Positions 24,588-38,459 of a DNA stretch of 64,000 nt are shown piece by piece; positions within the stretch are counted from its first letter, which is position 1; each line of letters starts with the position of its first letter. The stretch covers positions 212,724,001-212,788,000 of the forward strand of contig NC_086097.1 of the NCBI RefSeq assembly GCF_963921235.1. Direction: 5' to 3'. A program made the translations under genes and the position numbers. The notes under the pieces are model-generated. The model was not told where the DNA came from and searched no databases. It saw only the letters and a program-made list of their open reading frames with translations. This DNA is from Mobula hypostoma. Taxonomy: Eukaryota.

Positions 24588-25541
24588 TGTCATAAGGAGG
24601 TGGCTGGGAACGGACCCAAGTGCAAGACACAGACACTGAAGTACTAGGGACAGGACTAGGATACAGGGCAAGGGCAAGGACATGGACATGAAAACCGGGA
24701 ACATGGAACAAGAGAACTAGGAGCCCGAGCTTGGACTCCGAGCCAGAGACTGGACAAGGACCCAGAACCTGGGTCTTGCCTCTGGCTCGGACCCCAGAAC
24801 TAGGCAAGGATGTGACTAAGCTGGCAGGCAGGACAAGGCTGGAATCTTCAGATGAGGCAAGGCTGGAGACCAGAGACTTGAGACTACAGACTTGAGACTA
24901 GAGACTTGGGGCGAGGCTTGAGACTAGAGGCTTGAGGCTTGGGGTCTTGAAGCTTGGTTTGGGGCGAGGCTTGAGGCTCCTCCTGGGTAGGGCGTGGTAC
25001 TCCTGGGCAGGGCGCGGATCACCTGGGCAGGGTGCAGATCACTTAGGCAGGGCACAGATCACCAGGGCAGGGCGCGGTACTCCACCTGACGGAGGCAAGG
25101 GACAGGAAGGGACTGAACCAACCATAGGCCTGGCTTACCCGACAGAGGCAAGGGACAGGAAGGAAGCTAGGTACAGGGTGGCTCCAGAACAAGACTGCAG
25201 GCGAGATGAGGTGAGAGTTACCAGCAAGACAAGGCAAGGCTTCAGGCAATGCAAGGCGAGACAAGAACTTCAGGCGAGGCGAGAGTTACTGGTAAGACAA
25301 GGCAGGGCTTAAGGCGAGGAAACAGAAGGCAGGGAAAGGGATACAAGGAGTAAGGACAAGAACAATCCAGCAGCCACGCCTGGGTCTCTGGAGGTATTTA
25401 TGCAGCCAGCCCCAATAAGCATCAGCTGCCTCAATTAGAGCTCAACAAGAACAGAAACGGGGTAGACAGGAAAACCTGGAGCAAGGGTCGATGGACCGGA
25501 CCGTGAACCAGAATGCGGACTTCACGGACCAGACCATGACA
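24588..25541 (-). mobile_element. Solo LTR (954 bp), Gypsy type, with 5-bp TSD CTCAC
   Basis: TGTCAT...ATGACA ends. CTCAC at 24583-24587 and 25542-25546. Rex1 RT resumes seamlessly. TATA-like GCATAAATA on the minus strand near 25395, plus internal short tandem repeats. Confidence 0.88.
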
Positions 25542-25870
25542 CTCACTGCTACGGGCAGAAGATCCCACTTGCTTAAAAAAGGCAACAATTACACCAGTGC
25601 CTAAGAAGAATAATGTGGACTGCCTTAATGACTATTGCCCGGTAGCCCTCACTTCAGTAGTAATGAAATGCTTTGAGAGGTTGGTCATGACTAGACTGAA
25701 CTCCTGGACCCATTGCAATTTGCCTATTGCCATAATAGGCCAATGGCAGATGTAATCTTAATGGTCCTCCATTTGGTTTTAGACCACCTGGACAATACTG
25801 AACCCCTACGTCACGATGCTGTTCATCGACTATAGCTCAGCATTTAATGCCATCATTCCCACAATCCTGA

Positions 25871-26713
25871 TTGAGAAGTTGCAGAACCTGGACCTTCCTC
25901 TGCAATTGGATCCTCAACTTCCTAACTGGAAGACCACAATCTGTGCGGATTGGTGATAACATCTTCTCCTCGCTGATGATCAACACTGGTGCACCTCAGG
26001 GGTGTGTGTTTAGTCCACTGCTCTGCTCTCTATATACACATGACTGTGTGGCTAGGCATAGCTCAAATACCATCTATAATTTTGCTGATGATACAACCAT
26101 TGTTGGTAGAATCTCAGGTGGTGACGAGAGGGCATACAGGATTGAAATATGCCAACTAGTGGAATGGTGTCACAGCAACAACCTGGCACTCAACATCAGT
26201 AAGACGAAAGAGCTGATTGTGGACTTCAGGAAGGGCAAGACGAAGGAACACATACCAATCCTCATAGAGGGATCAAAAGTGGAGGGAGTGAACAGTTTCA
26301 AGTTCCTGGGTGTCAAGATCTCTGAGGATCTGACCTGGTCTCAACGTATTGATGTAGTTATAAAGAAGGCAAGGCAGTGGCTATACTTTACTAGGAGTTT
26401 GAAGAGATTTGGCATGTCAACAAATACACTCAAAAACTTCTATAGTTGTACTGTGAAGAGCATTCTGACAGGCTGCATCACTGTCTGGTATGGAGGGGCT
26501 ACTGCACAGGACCGAAAGAAGCTGCAGAAAATTGTAAATCTCGTCAGCTCCATCTTGGGTACTAGCCTACAAAGTACCCAGGACATCTTCAAGGAGCGGT
26601 GTCTCAGAAAGACAGCGTCCATTATTAAGGACCTCCAGCACCCAGGGCATGCCCTTTTGTCACTGTTACCATCAGGTAGGAAGTACAGAAGCCTGAAGGC
26701 ACACACTCAGTGA
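25871..26713 (+). pseudogene. Rex1 reverse transcriptase C-terminal part
   Basis: 280-aa ORF with [27 protein letters not shown] and [15 protein letters not shown]. Confidence 0.85.
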
Positions 26714-28051
26714 TTCAGGAGCAACTTCTTCCCCTCTGCTATCCAATTCCTAAATGGACATTGAACCCGTGAATACTACCTCACTTGTTTTAATGTACAG
26801 TATTTCTGTTTTTGCACATTTAAAAAAATCTATTCAACATACTCAATTGATTTACTTGTCTAATTATTATTATTTTATTTTATTTATTATTTTTATTATT
26901 TTATTATTATCATCTATTTATTATTATTAATTTTATTTATTTATTTTCTCTCTACTAGATTATGTATTGCATCGAACTGCTGCTGCTAAGTTAACAAATT
27001 TCACGTCACATGCCAGTGATAATAAAGCTGATTCTTTTCTGATTCTGATTTTAAACAAAGTAAATCTCATTCAGTTACTTACCAAAGTCTTTGAAAAAAT
27101 AACCAGTTCTTCCAGAAAATCAATTTCAAATCATTCGAATGAGAGATAAACTTATACATCCAACATTAAATCCTCTACGTTTTGAAACATTTCGTTCGCA
27201 CACTAGTTCTTTGATCTTTGGTGGCTTGCCATCTTGTTTCATAATTCATTGGATGAAGAGATGGGTCATCCATGGAAAATTGATTCACAACATTTACACA
27301 GAAAAAACCTGACCTGTATAAAACAGGATTATAATCTGTAAATTCTTATACGCATTCTATTTTCTATCTCAAATAACTCAACATCACATTGTCATTTCCA
27401 AACATTTCTCATTTACAACAGTACTGAACATATTTCACACACAAGTTATACACCTGGAGCAGTAAAAGTGTTTTCTCTCACCAAATCCCCTGGTGCGATT
27501 TAACAGAACTAATTTCCAGTTACACGGTAGAGAGTTTGGACACTACTCTCTTCTGATATCGTCTCACTGTAGCTGATGATCATTATAGTCATAGCTTCAA
27601 TAAATGTTTATTGATATCATCTCTCCTCCAGTAGTTTCACCCTGAGGATTTCCAGTAAGTAGGGTAGAAATACAAACTAGTAATTCCACTTTTAACAGTT
27701 TTTATCTTTAGATAGTTTCTCTAGTTTACTGTGTTTCTGTCACTTGTTCACACCCGACAGCCATGCCTCATTCTCGCATAGATTTTTTTCAAGTTCTGTC
27801 TTTTTTAAAATTCAGTAAACCTCGTTTCATCCCTCCACAGGTGGAGCTTTCTAACTTTACATCTTTGGGTTTAATTAACCTGGGTTACAAGGATTTTAAA
27901 GCTGATTATATAAACTTTAACAAAACTCTAAATAACATCACACACTCAGTACAGGATATCCAACTTGGGGCCATTTTGATCAGATATCTTCACTGACCAT
28001 TGCAGTTAGCTGTTCAGACATCAGCTGAGCTTCTTTACGTTGTGATATTAT

Positions 28052-28560
28052 TCAAAGTATTTAAAGTACACTTATTATCAAAGAATGCATAAATTATGCA
28101 TCCTTGGGATTTCTTTGCTTATAGGCAGCCACAAAGCCAGGAACCTACAAGAACCCAATTTAAAAAAATAAAGATCAACCTCCATTATGCACAGAGAAAG
28201 AGAGAAAGAAAAACAATTCATGCAAACATTAGAAGCGAGCAACAACAGCATTCCGAACCAAATTGTTTCCTTAGATTCAGTTCCCCGGAGCAGCCCAGAG
28301 AAGGCCCAGATCAGCAGTGTTCAGATCATCATATTAGCAGGGCAAGTTGCCGCGAAGCATGCAGACACATGGCACAGCAGCTGGGTGCAGTCTCACAGCC
28401 TTAGCATCACAGAGAGAGAAACCCCCAAACTAGCTGAGCAATTGTCTGAACAACAGATCGCACCTTGCAGTAGGACCTTGGCCCCACTGCGGTGAAGCAG
28501 GCCGGGTCCAGATTTCACTGCTGAAGAAGCAGAACTTGACCTCTCCAAATCAGAGAAAAT
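28052..28560 (-). mobile_element. Non-coding repeat with a Rex1-like tail (probably non-autonomous)
   Basis: Left end TTCAAAGTATTTAAAGTACACTTATTATCAAAG...CCTTGGGATTT resembles the tail at 12114-12220. No coding motifs. Confidence 0.45.
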
Positions 28561-30644
28561 GTCAAATAATTTAATACACAATACGGAAGTATTACAATGA
28601 TAAGTATATAATTATAACTTATTGCAATTTTATAATTAGATAAACATAGTGAAGGAAATTCTAAATCCTTCATTTTAGCAGTGACTGGGAGACATAGTCA
28701 AAGTAAAGGATTTATTCAGTTTCTTTCCAATCCAAAGTAACTGAATGCAGGCATAAAGGACATTGATTCCATTATGTCTCTGAAGGATGATGCAGTTCCA
28801 ATGGTGTCAATGGGGCCTGAATGCTATTTAGCAGAGCATTGAGCTCGAAAGCTATGGCAGCCCGCCTTCAAAGTTATAACTGTCTGCAAACTGACTGAGC
28901 AGGAATATAATTTTAAGTTAAAAAGAAAATTGAACAGTTTATTGTTGATGAGGAGGAAAAGGACTGGACAGAGTCCTTAGGCTTCTCCATCCTGATTTTT
29001 CATACAACGTGTAATTTCCCTTCCAGTCCTTTGGAGCTACTAATCCAGTGCTGGGCACAATTCCCACTGGTCACCAGCAGCGCTCTCAAAGCTGCTCAAT
29101 TTTAACAGCTGGGCAGCTGCTTCCTGGTGACCTCTCACCCCATATGGTCGGTAAGTCGAAAAGGACATGTTAATGAGGCACAGCCATTAAATAGTTGAGC
29201 CTCCCTGCTGCTGTTCCAGGATAGAGAGACATTTCACCAAGTCACGTTCCTGCCAGGAGATAAAATGTGCCTTCAAATGGAAAGCTTTCAGCTTTTGAAG
29301 TTAGGTTGTTTAGAAGAGACAGTTATTGATCTAATTATTTAATTGCTTATTAGAAAACAATGAAGTGAACCAGTGGAAGCATTGTGGAGATATTTGATTT
29401 AGCTAAGGGTCCAGAAATTAATCTATTTGATATATAGCACTTGGCCAAGTCTGGAGTCCACATTTTAATTAGAATAAAAACATCTTTTATAAGTCTTAAC
29501 TTTCAGTAAATTAAAAAAATCTTAAGGAAGTTGGACGCCCAGCTAAAAGAATGTAAATGTTTATTTTAATACATTGGTTTATATGGATTGAACTTAGAAT
29601 TTGTAATGCATCAGGATATACTAAATTATTAATAATACTACCAATAACGTTTGCAGAACAATATTCAGATCTCCGTGTCTCTGCCTGAGTGATTTTTATT
29701 TTGACATAGAAACAAACAAAACTAGATTTAAACTTTTTCAACCCCTCTTTCTCCCAGTTGAATTGTTATGGTTCATTGGAGAATCGATGAAGGGCTGCAG
29801 GAATTGTACCTCACAGTTGCAAAAAAAAACACACACAAAAACTCCAGCATTTCTCATGAGATGAAGATTGTCTTTGCTTCATTTACTCTCTTTAGACATA
29901 TTAAAATCAAATTTATCACCATGTTTAGCCATCTGTCAATGGTAAATGGGTAGACTTCGTCCTTGAATCAGTTAGAGGGAGAATGTGCAGCTACTCCCAA
30001 AACAAGTTTGTAAGCTGTAAAGACAAAGATATAAATATTATATATAAATCTATATAAAATATAAAGCAATGTGATTTATATTCCCATGGGTGATCAATGT
30101 TAGATAGTGTTTTCCTAAATATGAAAATATATGCAGCTTTATGGATGGTTAAGAATACAGACAGATTCCAGTGTTTTATAAGTAGTGAATAACTATGACT
30201 GCAATTGAATTTTTATTTTAGTCCAAAACAAACCCTACCTGTTTATGCAGGGATTTTAAATTATTTTCCTTTAAGTGACCAGCTACAGAGAGGAGTATCA
30301 ATGCATGATGCATTTCAAAATATTTCCATTGCTCAATTACTTGTGATCATATAGACCCATCAGAATACCCTGAGAGTAAACTGTGGTTTTCTACAAATGT
30401 CAATAAATATAGGAATGTGTAGAGCAGAGACAATCCATCGCAAAATTTATTCAATCAAATTGTAAGGAAGTTAGTAAGCTAAGTCATGGCTATTTTAACT
30501 AGTGAGTTTAAATGATGTAACTGCTTGACTTGCAGCTATATTTTATTATTTTTGAACTTTTACAGTATTTTCAATTACTTTGGATTATTTGATTTTTATT
30601 AATTGTAAGCAAGGATATTGGTTCATGCAAATATTGAAATGCCG

Positions 30645-30975
30645 AAATAGAATGGATGTGGAGAGAACTTTTCCCTTATTGAGGGAGGCTAGGACCAGAG
30701 GGTGCAGCCTCAGAATAGAGGGGCGTCCCTTTAGAACAGAGATGAGGAAGAATTTCTTTAACAGATGGTAGTAAATCTGTGGAATTCATAGCCACAGATG
30801 GATGCGGAGGCCAAGATACTGGGTATATTTAAAGCTGAGGCTGATGGGTTGATTAGTAAGGATGTCAAAGTTACAGAGAGAAAGCATGAAAATGGGTTGA
30901 CAGGGATAATAAACCAGCCATAATGGAATGGCAAAGCAAACTCAGTAGGCTGAATGTCCAAATTCTGATTTTATC
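30645..30975 (+). mobile_element. CR1 LINE 3' end fragment
   Basis: RMDVERTFPLLREARTRGCSLRIEGRPFRTEMRKNFF followed by the CR1 3' UTR. Confidence 0.8.
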
Positions 30976-33659
30976 ATAACAGCCATAATTTTTCTATGCA
31001 ACTTATAATATTAATAATCTCTCTATACAATATTGACTTTAAGTCATCTATTTTCAAGTTATTTCTGTCCAAATGTCTGTTGCATTTACCGTCTTATTTA
31101 TTTGTTTTATATAATCAAATTGAATCTCTGCTTTTAAGTAATTCTTCCCAAGCAATTGTGTTATAATACACCTGCTTTGAAAAGTTGTTAGATGAAAGCT
31201 TTGCTACCTAGTTATTATTTATATAATTTATGTTTTTCTTTTGGGATAATTATCAGATTTGACTAAATGGTCTAGCACTCCTTCAAAATGGATAAGGAAA
31301 ATGAGATCAAATCTTTGGCCAATGTTTTATGATTGGTTATATATTCTGAATCAATTCCAGATAATCTTGGTACAAATATAATCCCCTCTCCATTTTAGCT
31401 AGACTGTGAATTCACTATATTTATGGTTTACCTTTGGTAATGTGAGGAAATTATTCTATCCAACAGGCTTGGATTATGCAGCTCATGCTAAGCAGAGTGA
31501 ATAGAGTTTGGACCAAACTTCAGAATGTCAATACTTGCACGGTTCATTAAAATGTCACTGACCGTCTTTTTTTGCTGCTTTATTTTGTAATGTATTCTTT
31601 AGTCAATAGACAAATTTAAATAAAATTCAGTAAATGGATACAGCAAATCAATAGTGTCAAGAGGTATTTTTTTATTATCTCCAGTATATGATTGTATGTT
31701 GCAATTCTGTTGCAAGAAATTATCTTTGCAAGACAAACTGTGTTAATATGCTCAGCAAAGAACCAGTTTTAAAGCTTATATTTCATTGCTAAGCAAATAT
31801 GATTCCTCTCTAAAACTGGATTTTTAGTAAGATGCAAGTTAAAGACATGCAGCCTGCCTTATGCAATGTGCAAGGGATTGAAATGAAACTTTACTAATAT
31901 AACTATAGTTTAAAATTAATTTATTAAACAATTACATGTCAACTATAACCCATCAAGACTTTTCTTTTCAATGAATTAAGGTTTCTTTCCTTCTAATAGG
32001 AGAGAAGTCCTTTAGTGATAACCATAGACAGACATCAGACCCTCAAGTAATCAATTATGCTGATGACAGTTAGCAAATCAAATCAAAGCACACACTATCA
32101 AACTGCAGATTTCTTGTGGGGTTTTTCACAATGGGGTGGAAGATACGGTAGGTAAAAAATTAAGATTAGCAATGCCTGTCTTTCTGAGCATTGGGAGTGA
32201 GCTTAGAGCTTCCAATTAATGTCAGCAGCATGTGGGAAAAATCACACTGCATGATAGAGACACAAGAGACTGCAGATGTCGGAATCTGGAGGAACAAATC
32301 TGCTGGGTGGAGCATCTGTTGGAGGAAAGGAATTTTCAAATCATGAAATGTCAACAATTTCTTTCCTCCCACAGATGTCACTTGATCCATTCGGTTTCTC
32401 CAGCTAATTGTCACTTTGGATGAAAACCAGTGAAGGTTTTACAAAATACCTACAAGAAGTATGCAGATTATGATGTCAGATCAATGTGCAATACTGATTT
32501 CTCAAATAGCACCCACTAGGGAACTCAACATTTCTGCTTCTCTCACCTGAGCAAATGGAGACTTCACCATTACTATTGAAAATAATCTTAAGCTACCAAC
32601 AAGTGAGTTGGTTGATTCTTCTGTGTGTTGTTATGAGATACATATATCTCCAATTGCTAGTTTAAGTTAAAATTATCCAAGGGAGTTATGTGGATAGCAT
32701 TGAAGGACATTTTTGCTAACCAGAGCATCTGTTTGTTCTATTTGAAGACATTAGTATTCCACTTGGAGTACAGTATGATAGAGAGAAACATTCAGAGGTA
32801 CACAAACTAGAAAAGGGAAAAGGAAGAAGACAAGGGTTCTGACTATGGGATGACACCATCGGGTGTATTCTGAGGCCCAAGGAACTTACTGAAAACCACA
32901 GATTCCTAGCACAGCAACATAACCTATCTAAAGGTTAAGAGGTGTTACTAAGTTAAACTTCCAACCAATATTCCTTGCCTCTTGTTGTAAACAAGTAGAC
33001 GGTGAGTCCACATTGGTTCGTGATTTAATCAAAGAAAAACATTGGGGTCCTCAATGGCCTAATTAAACATTGTATTCATCTGGCTTGACAAATATAACTG
33101 AAAAAACATCACACACAGACAATGTCAGCAAGCAGAAAAATGTTAGAAAGCAGGACTGTTGGGAACAACAGAAAGAAGACTTAGAATTCATTCCTCAGAT
33201 ATTGGCTTCTGTGATGGATGACTTGTTCGTCTGAAACTTGTTGGTACGTCTTTTTAGATTTTAATGTTGTACATATCTTTGGAAATCACTTATAATTTGG
33301 AAATCCTTTATAAATTAGAAATTCTTTGCAACCTAGAAATACGATGTGCCTTAGAAACCCTCTGTGTCTATGTCAAAGTTATTTGTCAAAATTAAACGTG
33401 TATCACCAAAATAAAATAATCTGTTTAAACCACTTCTTTAGCCGGGAGTATCCTCTTCTTGATTGGTTAAAGATGGACCTATCTCTAAAAATAGTAATTA
33501 TCGACAGGTAGACCTTGCCTTGGAGATTAAGCAGTACAATAAATTAATCTTGGAAGTGTAGAGTGATACAGTATAACCTTCCTGAAGTGAGGGTACTTGT
33601 AGATACTTACATACGATTGTCTTAAAGTCTTGCCATAAGTTTGGGGTTTGCAGACGGTA

Positions 33660-34050
33660 CACTCAATTTCTCCCATAATCCACTGTCCTCCATTATCAGA
33701 GCCCTTTTCCTCATTTGCCAGCTTCTTATTTCATCACACCTCCCCCACGCACCCACCTTCCCCCTCATCACGATTTACATCATCTGCCAGCTTGTCCTCC
33801 TTCAACCTTTTTGTTCTGGCTTCTTCCCCCTTACTTTCCAATCCCGATGAAGAGTCTCAGCCCAAAATGTTGACTGTTTATTCCTCTTCCAGTCCTTACC
33901 CTAAATTTAAGTTAACCTAATCATGAGGGCTGTTTTCTCTGGTCCAGAAAGTCCTGAGCAAATTAGCAGGGCCTTGGCTGACCTGCTGAGTTCCTCCAGC
34001 ACATTGTGTGTGTTCCTCAAGATTTCCAGCAATTGTAGAATTTCTTGAGT
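33660..34050 (+). mobile_element. Degraded Penelope-like terminal repeat with decayed hammerhead motif
   Basis: Pyrimidine-rich stretch, then CCCGATGAAGAGTCTCAGCCCAAAATGTTGACT and CTGACCTGCTGAGTTCCTCCAGC; homologous to 43709-43805. Confidence 0.6.
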
Positions 34051-34768
34051 TTTCAATATCATCAGATCTTCAAGAACTCAATGACACTTATAAATATTTG
34101 GGCTAGTCAGTTTTTGGATTCCCTTCCAAACATATCAATCCTGAATTAACTGACCAGTGTCTGACGATCATATCTCAGTTGCAAATTGCTGCTTGAATTT
34201 TCATGAAGCCCAAAAGAGCAGGATCTTGTTGCTGTTTTTTGAGATTTATGTTGGGAGATCTTTTCCTGGAAGATCATTGGCCCATTGACTTGAATGTGTA
34301 TTGGGGAAGAGAAAGTACAATAAGTTAAGTCAAGACACCTGCCTTCGTTAACTCTGTCTTAGTCACCTATTTTTTGAACTTTTGAAATGAATGTTTTATT
34401 TTAAATTGTCTTTAATGTTTTTGAGTAGCATCGATATTTGAGAACATTAATACCAAATGTTACAGCTTTAACAGTTATGAAAGCTGGAGTCAGGCACTGT
34501 CACCTGTCAATGTCTTCCAGGGGATTTCTGTGGGAGTAATTTGTTCTGGCTCACTGAAGTCATCCCACCACATCTTTCAAAGTCCTGCTCCTTTGTTCTG
34601 GGTCTCCCTGGGCCAGAGAAAAATGCCCTCATTAACTTAAATTTAGGGTAATGTGGAAAGTTAACGGCAAATATAGAACATAGCAGTGTCAGTGGTTGTA
34701 ACTAAAATGTTGTTTACCTGTATAGGTGATGCTTTAATGTGTCCAGCATTTATTTTATAACTTTGAAG

Positions 34769-34895
34769 GGTCCTGATGAAGAATCTCAGCCTGAAACGTG
34801 AATTCTTTATTCCTTTCCACAATGCAGCCTGACCTGAGGAGTTTCTCCAGCATTTTGTTACCCGGGATTTCCAGCATCTGCAGAATCTTGTGTTT
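34769..34895 (+). mobile_element. Degraded Penelope-like terminal repeat with hammerhead core
   Basis: CTGATGAAGAATCTCAGCCTGAAACGTG...TTCCAGCATCTGCAGAATC. Confidence 0.6.
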
Positions 34896-36024
34896 TAATT
34901 GTGGAACTATTTCTGTTGCAGCTTCCTGACACTGCTGTGAACATTTTAATGTTTTTACATTCGTGTTTTACAGAAGTAACAAGTTGCCTTCCCTTGTGTG
35001 GCTTCCCTCTGTAGTCTGCTTCATTCTTTCTCCATGCCCTCTGGCCTTGTTTCTGGTCAAACATTAATCCTCTTTGGCCACTCTTTTGTAGTCATGTCTT
35101 CTCCACCACAATGTCCACTGTCTATGCTATCTACACTTACTTTCAGGCACCACTGCCCTTTCTCAGTTTTCACTCTGTCAGCCGTTTCTTAGTTCAGGAC
35201 TTTTCAGCATATGATTCAGTCCTTAAGAAAATATTTGATTCTTCTCTTGGTGTGCTTCCTCTGTGCTTTTTGGTATTGCATTCTGGGCTTCCCTGGCTCA
35301 CTGTTTCAACAAGTGAATGTGCTCTGTTATTCCCAAGATCACTGTCTGGAGCTTGGGAAGTATTACACCGGCTGCAGTCAGTAAAAAGGAGTTCAAATTA
35401 TTTTTTTAATTCTTTATGACCCACTGAGACACTGAAGCAAAATAACAATCAAGTGCTAGGTAATTATTCAATTTGCTTCAGGTTTTGAGACAAGCATTAT
35501 TTCCTCTGGCAGTTTGTGCAAATAATGTGATGTTGGATAGTCAACAGCAGGTACCCATATGTGCTGAAGAAAATTACACACATTTAGACCAATCTGTTAT
35601 CTTGAAATCTGTGACGATATGTAACCATAGCAAGCATTTCAAAAATGGAGCTCGAAGTCCAAAGCACTTTTAGAGTAAAGAAAACATAAAAATGGCATGA
35701 TCCTAGGTGTTTATAAAATCTGTCTCTGCAAATTAATGTACATTTTATAAGTATTAAACAACAATTCAGCTAAAAGTTTAATTGTTAATGATTTGATTCA
35801 ATTCTTACACTAGTCTACCATTATAGTTGAAAGATATAAAGATCTGTTTTTGTGTCGGCAGAAACAGAGATGAATGATTGTAACGAAACAAAACCATTGC
35901 TCATCAGGCCATGCTGACAATGTAATGTGATCGTGATCTAATCACAATCAAATATTCAACTCAGCAAACACAAATAAGACAAAGTTTTTGAATTTTACTT
36001 CCATTTTTTATTTTAAAAATTGTG

Positions 36025-36832
36025 CCAAATGGCTGCCTCTTCGAGCTCATCTACGGAAACAGCTTCAATTCCTCTCTTTAGTGTCTCTTTTTCCCGTTTC
36101 AATGTGGCTGGAGTTTGCCTGTGATTCCTGATATGTAACAACACTCAGACTGCGGTTTTTCATGGCGATGAGTTCCCATTCTCAGAACTCACTGACCGAC
36201 CGGATGTTTTCTGACGTTTCCCCAGGTGCGGCATGGAAGATGCCAATGTGCGGCCTTCTGTGGCCTTGTTGGCGATCGATTTCTGACCAGTGCCGCTGAC
36301 TGGGGTGTCACAGGAGTAAGAGCATCAGGATTTTGTGGTGGCGGATGCAGTGGATGTACGTCTCTGTAGTTGAGCAATCTCTCTCTCTCTCTTGCTCTCG
36401 ATGGGGAGGGTTTGCTGCTGATTCTCGAGTCAGAGAATCTTGGAATAAAAAGCGAAGCAGCAGATTGTAACATCGTAACAGCGACTGTTTCTACCCTTTC
36501 ACTGTGAAAAGGGTGACATTTCTCTGTCCCTTGTTCGTGAGAGAGAGAGAGCCTGTGGCAGATCAAACAGTCAGGTAAAGAATAGCTTTTGTTGACTGTA
36601 GGTCATTGTGTTTCTTTGGCTGCTTGGTTGTTGCTTGGTGGGCAATGGGCACTGATGCTTTCTGCTGAAATGGGTGGGGGTTGATGCTTTGCTGCTTGTG
36701 CAGGGGAGGAGGGAAGGTTCTAACGTTTTTCTGTTCGTTCTTTTAGGGTTCTGTTTTTCCTGGATGTCTGTGAAGAGTAAGAATTTCAGGTTGTATACAT
36801 TCTCTGATAATAAATGGAACCATTTGAACCAC
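36025..36832 (+). mobile_element. Non-autonomous ~800-bp retroposon (same family as 61958-62761)
   Basis: Shares 5' GGAAACAGCT..., an internal GA repeat and 3' TTTCAGG...TATACATT.CTCTGA..TAAA plus a short repeated tail with 61958-62761. Confidence 0.6.
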
Positions 36833-37683
36833 TTGATTTAAAATGTGGCATTCCTCACTGACAGACTAACGTCTAGTTCATATTTGCTGTTTTTGCTACT
36901 AAGATGAACTTGAGTTTTACTTATAACTCCCTTTACAACCACTATTCAAGCAAGCTCTTTCAAGAAATAACTGTAATGTGTGTACACTTCAGTCTTTAAG
37001 GCATTAGAACTGAGAAAGTAGTCTTACCTTACAAGAATGTTTGTCTCTGCTCTTCAGTAGCACTGGGGCCTGCTTCCCCACTGTCTTCTTCTTCATTGTA
37101 TCCTTCCTCTACCATTGTCCAGATCACTCATTGGGATCATTGTCTGTGGAGCATGCAGTGCATTTTTATCATTCAGAATCATCTGTGGAACAACAAATGA
37201 TTGAAGCATTATGAAAAGTTTCTGTTTATCATGCATTCTTGTACAGGGTCCTCTGAATTTAATTGGAATGTTGAGGTATTGGAAACAGTATGTATAAATG
37301 TGGTTGAATGGAGTTTTAAAGGAGTACTCAGAATAAAGATCTATCAGTTGGGAACAAGGAAAGAGAATGCTGGGTGTTTTTAGCAGGTCAGGCAGGATCA
37401 CTGAGGAGAGAAACAAGAGTTGACATTTGTGATCAGTCTGAACAGAGGTAATGAGAAGATGCGTGTGTTTAAAGTTGCTTAGGGGGGAGATGGAGAGATC
37501 AAATGGTATATCTATAATAGGGTGCAGACCAACATTGTCCAGGTAATAATTATGTTAAACACTAGTGGCTGTGCAAGAAAAGTACAGAGGCAAATGGAAA
37601 CAAAGTGAAGAAAGGTACAGTTATATCATTGGGCTAAAAGGGTGGATGGGCAAGGGGTGATTACCTGAAAATATTAAACTCAT

Positions 37684-38270
37684 TGAATCAAAGAGCCAAG
37701 CAGTACAGAAGCCAAACTTTCAGCCCAACTCATCCTTGCCTACCAAGCTGTCTATCTGTGCTAGTCCCATGTTCCTGTGTTTGGCCCATGTCCCTCTGAA
37801 CCTTTCCTCTCCATGTACCTGTCCAATGCCTTTTAAATAACATTGCTGTATCTGCATCTCCCACATCTCTGGCAGCTTGTTCCATATACTCTTCATGTTC
37901 TGGCTGTAAAGATTGCCCCTCACTTTAGGCCTATTCCTACCAGTTTAGGACTTCCCTACCCAAGGGGACTCTCTCATGATTTTATGAAAATATATAATGC
38001 CACTGCTCAGCATCCTACTTTCCAGGGAAACACCTCAAGCTCCACACTCTCCTCATAACTGAAGTTCTCCAGTTCTGGTAACATGCTTGTAAATCTGTTT
38101 TGTACTCTCTCAAATTCAATGATAGCCTTCAAAGATACCCTTCAAAGATACCCAACTTATAGCAGGGTAACTAGAACTGCAAGAAGAACCCTAAATGTGG
38201 CCTTCCCAATAATTTTAACAGGTGTGACAATACATTCCAACTCCTGTTCTCAATATTCAGACCAATATGA
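37684..38270 (-). mobile_element. CR1 LINE 3' fragment (degraded)
   Basis: Minus ORF MRGNLYSQNMKSIWNKLPE, followed by the CR1-type 3' UTR. Confidence 0.7.
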
Positions 38271-38459
38271 AGCCCTGTGCATTGGAGCCCATTTGGAAGA
38301 TGAGATGCTATTCCTTTACCTTATATTGTTCATAAGGCGGAGTGAGCCGGGAGCAGAGTGAAAACTTAAGGGCTTCGGCTCACCGGGCTTAGGCGGAAGC
38401 GGGTGAGGCGAGGAAGGTTTGACATTCATTTTCTGTTGCTATTTGAGGAGAGGGGCATT

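Larger units (their letters stand above)
24520..27052 (+). mobile_element. Rex1/Babar LINE (5'-truncated) interrupted by a solo LTR
   Basis: RT motifs [33 protein letters not shown] and FADDTT; AT-rich 3' UTR ending in CTGATT repeats. Confidence 0.9.

Noticed and set aside
24932..25312. Arg/Gly-rich 126-aa ORF
   Set aside because: Artefact of GC-rich tandem repeats in the solo LTR.
26860..26945. TTA/TTTA low-complexity tract
   Set aside because: Microsatellite expansion in the Rex1 3' UTR.
32700..33245. Possible ancient Penelope GIY-YIG remnant
   Set aside because: Too decayed to support from motifs alone; the same applies to 58050-58550.
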